DNA of 16,827 bases from NCBI GenBank assembly GCA_944392815.1, contig CALXXY010000011.1, positions 1-16,827 on the forward strand. Direction: 5' to 3'. This stretch comes from an uncultured Alphaproteobacteria bacterium. GTDB lineage: Bacteria > Pseudomonadota > Alphaproteobacteria > Rs-D84. Position 1 is the stretch's first letter. Every line of letters starts with the position of its first letter. This document shows positions 16,101 to 16,827 of the stretch, piece by piece. Below the pieces are notes generated by a model. It saw only the letters and a list, made by a program, of their open reading frames with translations, was not told the origin of the DNA and did no database searches. The translations under genes were made by a program, and so were the position numbers.

Positions 16101-16312
16101 CCAGAAATTCCACCGGGAACATCAATTAACGTATACTCGTCGTTATTAACAGGAACATGCAATACCCCGCCGCCCCTTGATTTGTCTGTCTCGACGGTAA
16201 AAGGTTTATTGCCAGACCATTGTATATCGTCCGCAAATGCGGGCATAATCGCCAACGCCGGCAACACAGAACAGATTTTCACCAAATCTGTCAAACGTTT
16301 GTATGCTGACAT
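13133..16312 (-). CDS. autotransporter (type Va) with Pmp-like GGA(I/L/V)/FxxN beta-helix passenger
   Basis: Start reassigned to ATG16312 after AAGGAGA, with a signal ending PAFA. About a dozen GGA[ILV] and about 15 FxxN motifs. The C-terminal amphipathic beta-barrel runs from YGIWAQG and ends LKFRYDF (terminal Phe). Confidence 0.92.
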   Translation of the reverse strand: MSAYKRLTDLVKICSVLPALAIMPAFADDIQWSGNKPFTVETDKSRGGGVLHVPVNNDEYTLIDVPGGISGNKIVITKSDNDANKENDVYGQGAAIYNLGLIGTINADFTNNGVENTSNIAGKATANGGAIAAYSGSQIDEINGDFIGNYVSAVLDEKVESREYANTDKMVSAGGGAIHIEGKWVEENQASSDITKIGTINGNFESNSATGDAYANGGAIYVKGGTKTPVEIGTINGGFKSNTVTALTEQAVGKASTGGAISIKVDGDKDATVTVNGDFETNSVTTNATDALGGAIYNEGTLTVNGAFKGNKVVSETGNAWGGALYNAGTTTLGADTSFTMNEAGFAGAIWNEGELVFNNGTSQMTFGDNKATGSSGGGGAIYNKGNIDEIAHTLFVKNEGYNGGAINNTSQGDGGTIGTIRNTSFMNNIGGNGGAVRNQNTITKLDTVLFEGNVSGNGGAFWNGSLGSVVESMTNVRFVNNMAITENVNQQGGAITNAGKIGLIDKSEFTGNQAGKQGGAIANVGNQANDFAEIKLNDTTFEANVAGEFGGAIYNEKSGVITMSGDNVFSNNYAGGQANDIHNLGTVTINGGTTKLTGGITGDTGKLTVSGGAVLDIGTSTIVQNSVTFDGSTLVASLLNSDNYGKIDADSISVSDSTLKLNIGGVGTYNIFGTDDVDFTTVDFGDIYNVTGGTEAGEFIVTTKSVDEIAKNTGLSTQGAASVAGLANSNNAVLNAISLRSQQELAAGNVGYVEQEIAKLNPDDTPVAQSVASSVQNQVLSLAAGRMAGGAVGRSGGDSANMDYGIWAQGLYNHAKYSDKFTGDTMGISVGADALINGKYTIGVGYAYNDTDVDSNSRDTTIDSSSLFVYGQYKPSQWFVNGTLNYTMSNYTEKSNLYGAFALESEYDVDSFGGQIMTGYDFASGLTPMVGARYLHITQDEHESAIGTVKAVDTDYLTGVAGVKYAFDIESQARLKFRPEISAAATYDFLSDAVVSTVVAPGNVSYVIDADRLSRFGGEFGIGLTAMYEGWEFSVNYELDLHEDYTSQTGMLKFRYDF

Positions 16313-16408
16313 ACTTTCTCCTTTGTTTAAGTATACAAAACCCTTCTGTTCTTTTACGGTATCACAGTTGGTAATACTTGCAACAAAAATTAATTTGAAC
16401 AATTTCCC

Positions 16409-16665
16409 AAAAACGATACCGCCAATCCAAATGGAAATGGCGGTCGGGTGGGTTCAAAAAATCACATAACAGTATGACCCCGCCAGCTTTCGGGCCAGGC
16501 CCTGTTTTATCACTGGCGGCCCCCCGACCATACGGCGGGGAATCACACAATAAAAGGCGCACGTGCGCCACAACATTATTGTGTGCGGATTTTGATACGC
16601 CACATCGCGTACCACTGTTATGCGGGATTTTTGACGTCCCCGAACCCAAATCCCTTTGGATTCAT
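16409..16665 (-). ncRNA. putative structured non-coding RNA / leader of unknown family
   Basis: Own promoter (16671-16699), extensive nested complementarity, and a terminal hairpin ACCGCCA...TGGCGGT followed by a T run. No convincing ORF. Confidence 0.6.
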
Positions 16666-16670
16666 GACAA

Positions 16671-16699
16671 ATTATACGCGTCCCACCAACAAAAGGCAA
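16671..16699 (-). promoter_or_regulatory. near-consensus sigma70 promoter driving the putative ncRNA
   Basis: TTGCCT-17 nt-TATAAT on the minus strand. Confidence 0.7.
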
Positions 16700-16713
16700 A
16701 TAAAAAAAATAGA

Positions 16714-16742
16714 TTGCAAACGCCCCAGATACAATATATAAT
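16714..16742 (+). promoter_or_regulatory. sigma70 promoter of the tRNA gene
   Basis: TTGCAA-17 nt-TATAAT followed by a GC-rich discriminator (AGCCCGC). Confidence 0.75.
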
Positions 16743-16753
16743 AGCCCGCACAT

Positions 16754-16827
16754 TGGGGCATAGTTTAACGGTAGAACTCCGGACTCTGACTCCGTCAGTG
16801 TTGGTTCGAATCCAGCTGCCCCAACCA
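16754..16827 (+). tRNA. tRNA-Gln (anticodon CUG)
   Basis: Acceptor stem TGGGGCA/TGCCCCA (U1-A72), D arm GTTT-AACGGTA-GAAC, anticodon loop CT-CTG-AC, GGTTCGAATCC T arm, encoded CCA. Confidence 0.97.

Noticed and set aside
16313-16402. N-terminal extension of the autotransporter in the ORF track (likewise starts at 9792, 9340, 12346)
   Set aside because: Downstream ATGs give proper signal peptides and generally better SD placement; the upstream starts fall in AT-rich promoter/leader DNA.
16478-16520. Hammerhead ribozyme or SRP helix 8 in the CAGUGAUAAAAC...GAAAG arm
   Set aside because: It lacks the exact CUGANGA core and third stem, and lacks the SRP GNRA/AGCAG motif.
16362-16753. ORFs 16362..16649 and 16454..16753 (-)
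   Set aside because: No SD or protein-like composition; one crosses two promoters. The region is better explained as structured RNA.
16754-16827. tRNA as integration site for an island
   Set aside because: No integrase or duplicated tRNA 3' end in the window; the downstream flank is not visible.

Overview
Bacterial chromosomal window, most likely alphaproteobacterial: it has rpsF-rpsR-rplI with no intervening ssb/priB, alpha-type S6/L9 motifs and a conserved MotA/TolQ-like + OmpA/MotB-like gene pair. The gene style suggests an uncultured host-associated lineage such as Rs-D84/'Enterousia' (inference only). Housekeeping genes (rplI, rpsR, rpsF, infA, tRNA-Gln(CUG), a YgiW/BOF protein) are interleaved with an unusual secretome. 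(i) Three ~740-830 aa paralogous secreted proteins share a collinear cysteine scaffold, with 36 matching Cys in two of them; one carries a 43-residue uncharged glycine-zipper segment inside a Cys-clamped C-terminal loop. (ii) Two smaller Cys-rich secreted proteins. (iii) A Pmp-like GGA(I/L/V)/FxxN autotransporter. Also notable: an unannotated, promoter-driven ~255-nt highly structured RNA upstream of the autotransporter; a truncated gene end at the window start with a codon pattern like a diversity-generating-retroelement (DGR) variable region; and a 330-bp intergenic pile-up of REP-like palindromes. No CRISPR array, transposase, integrase or reverse transcriptase is visible.
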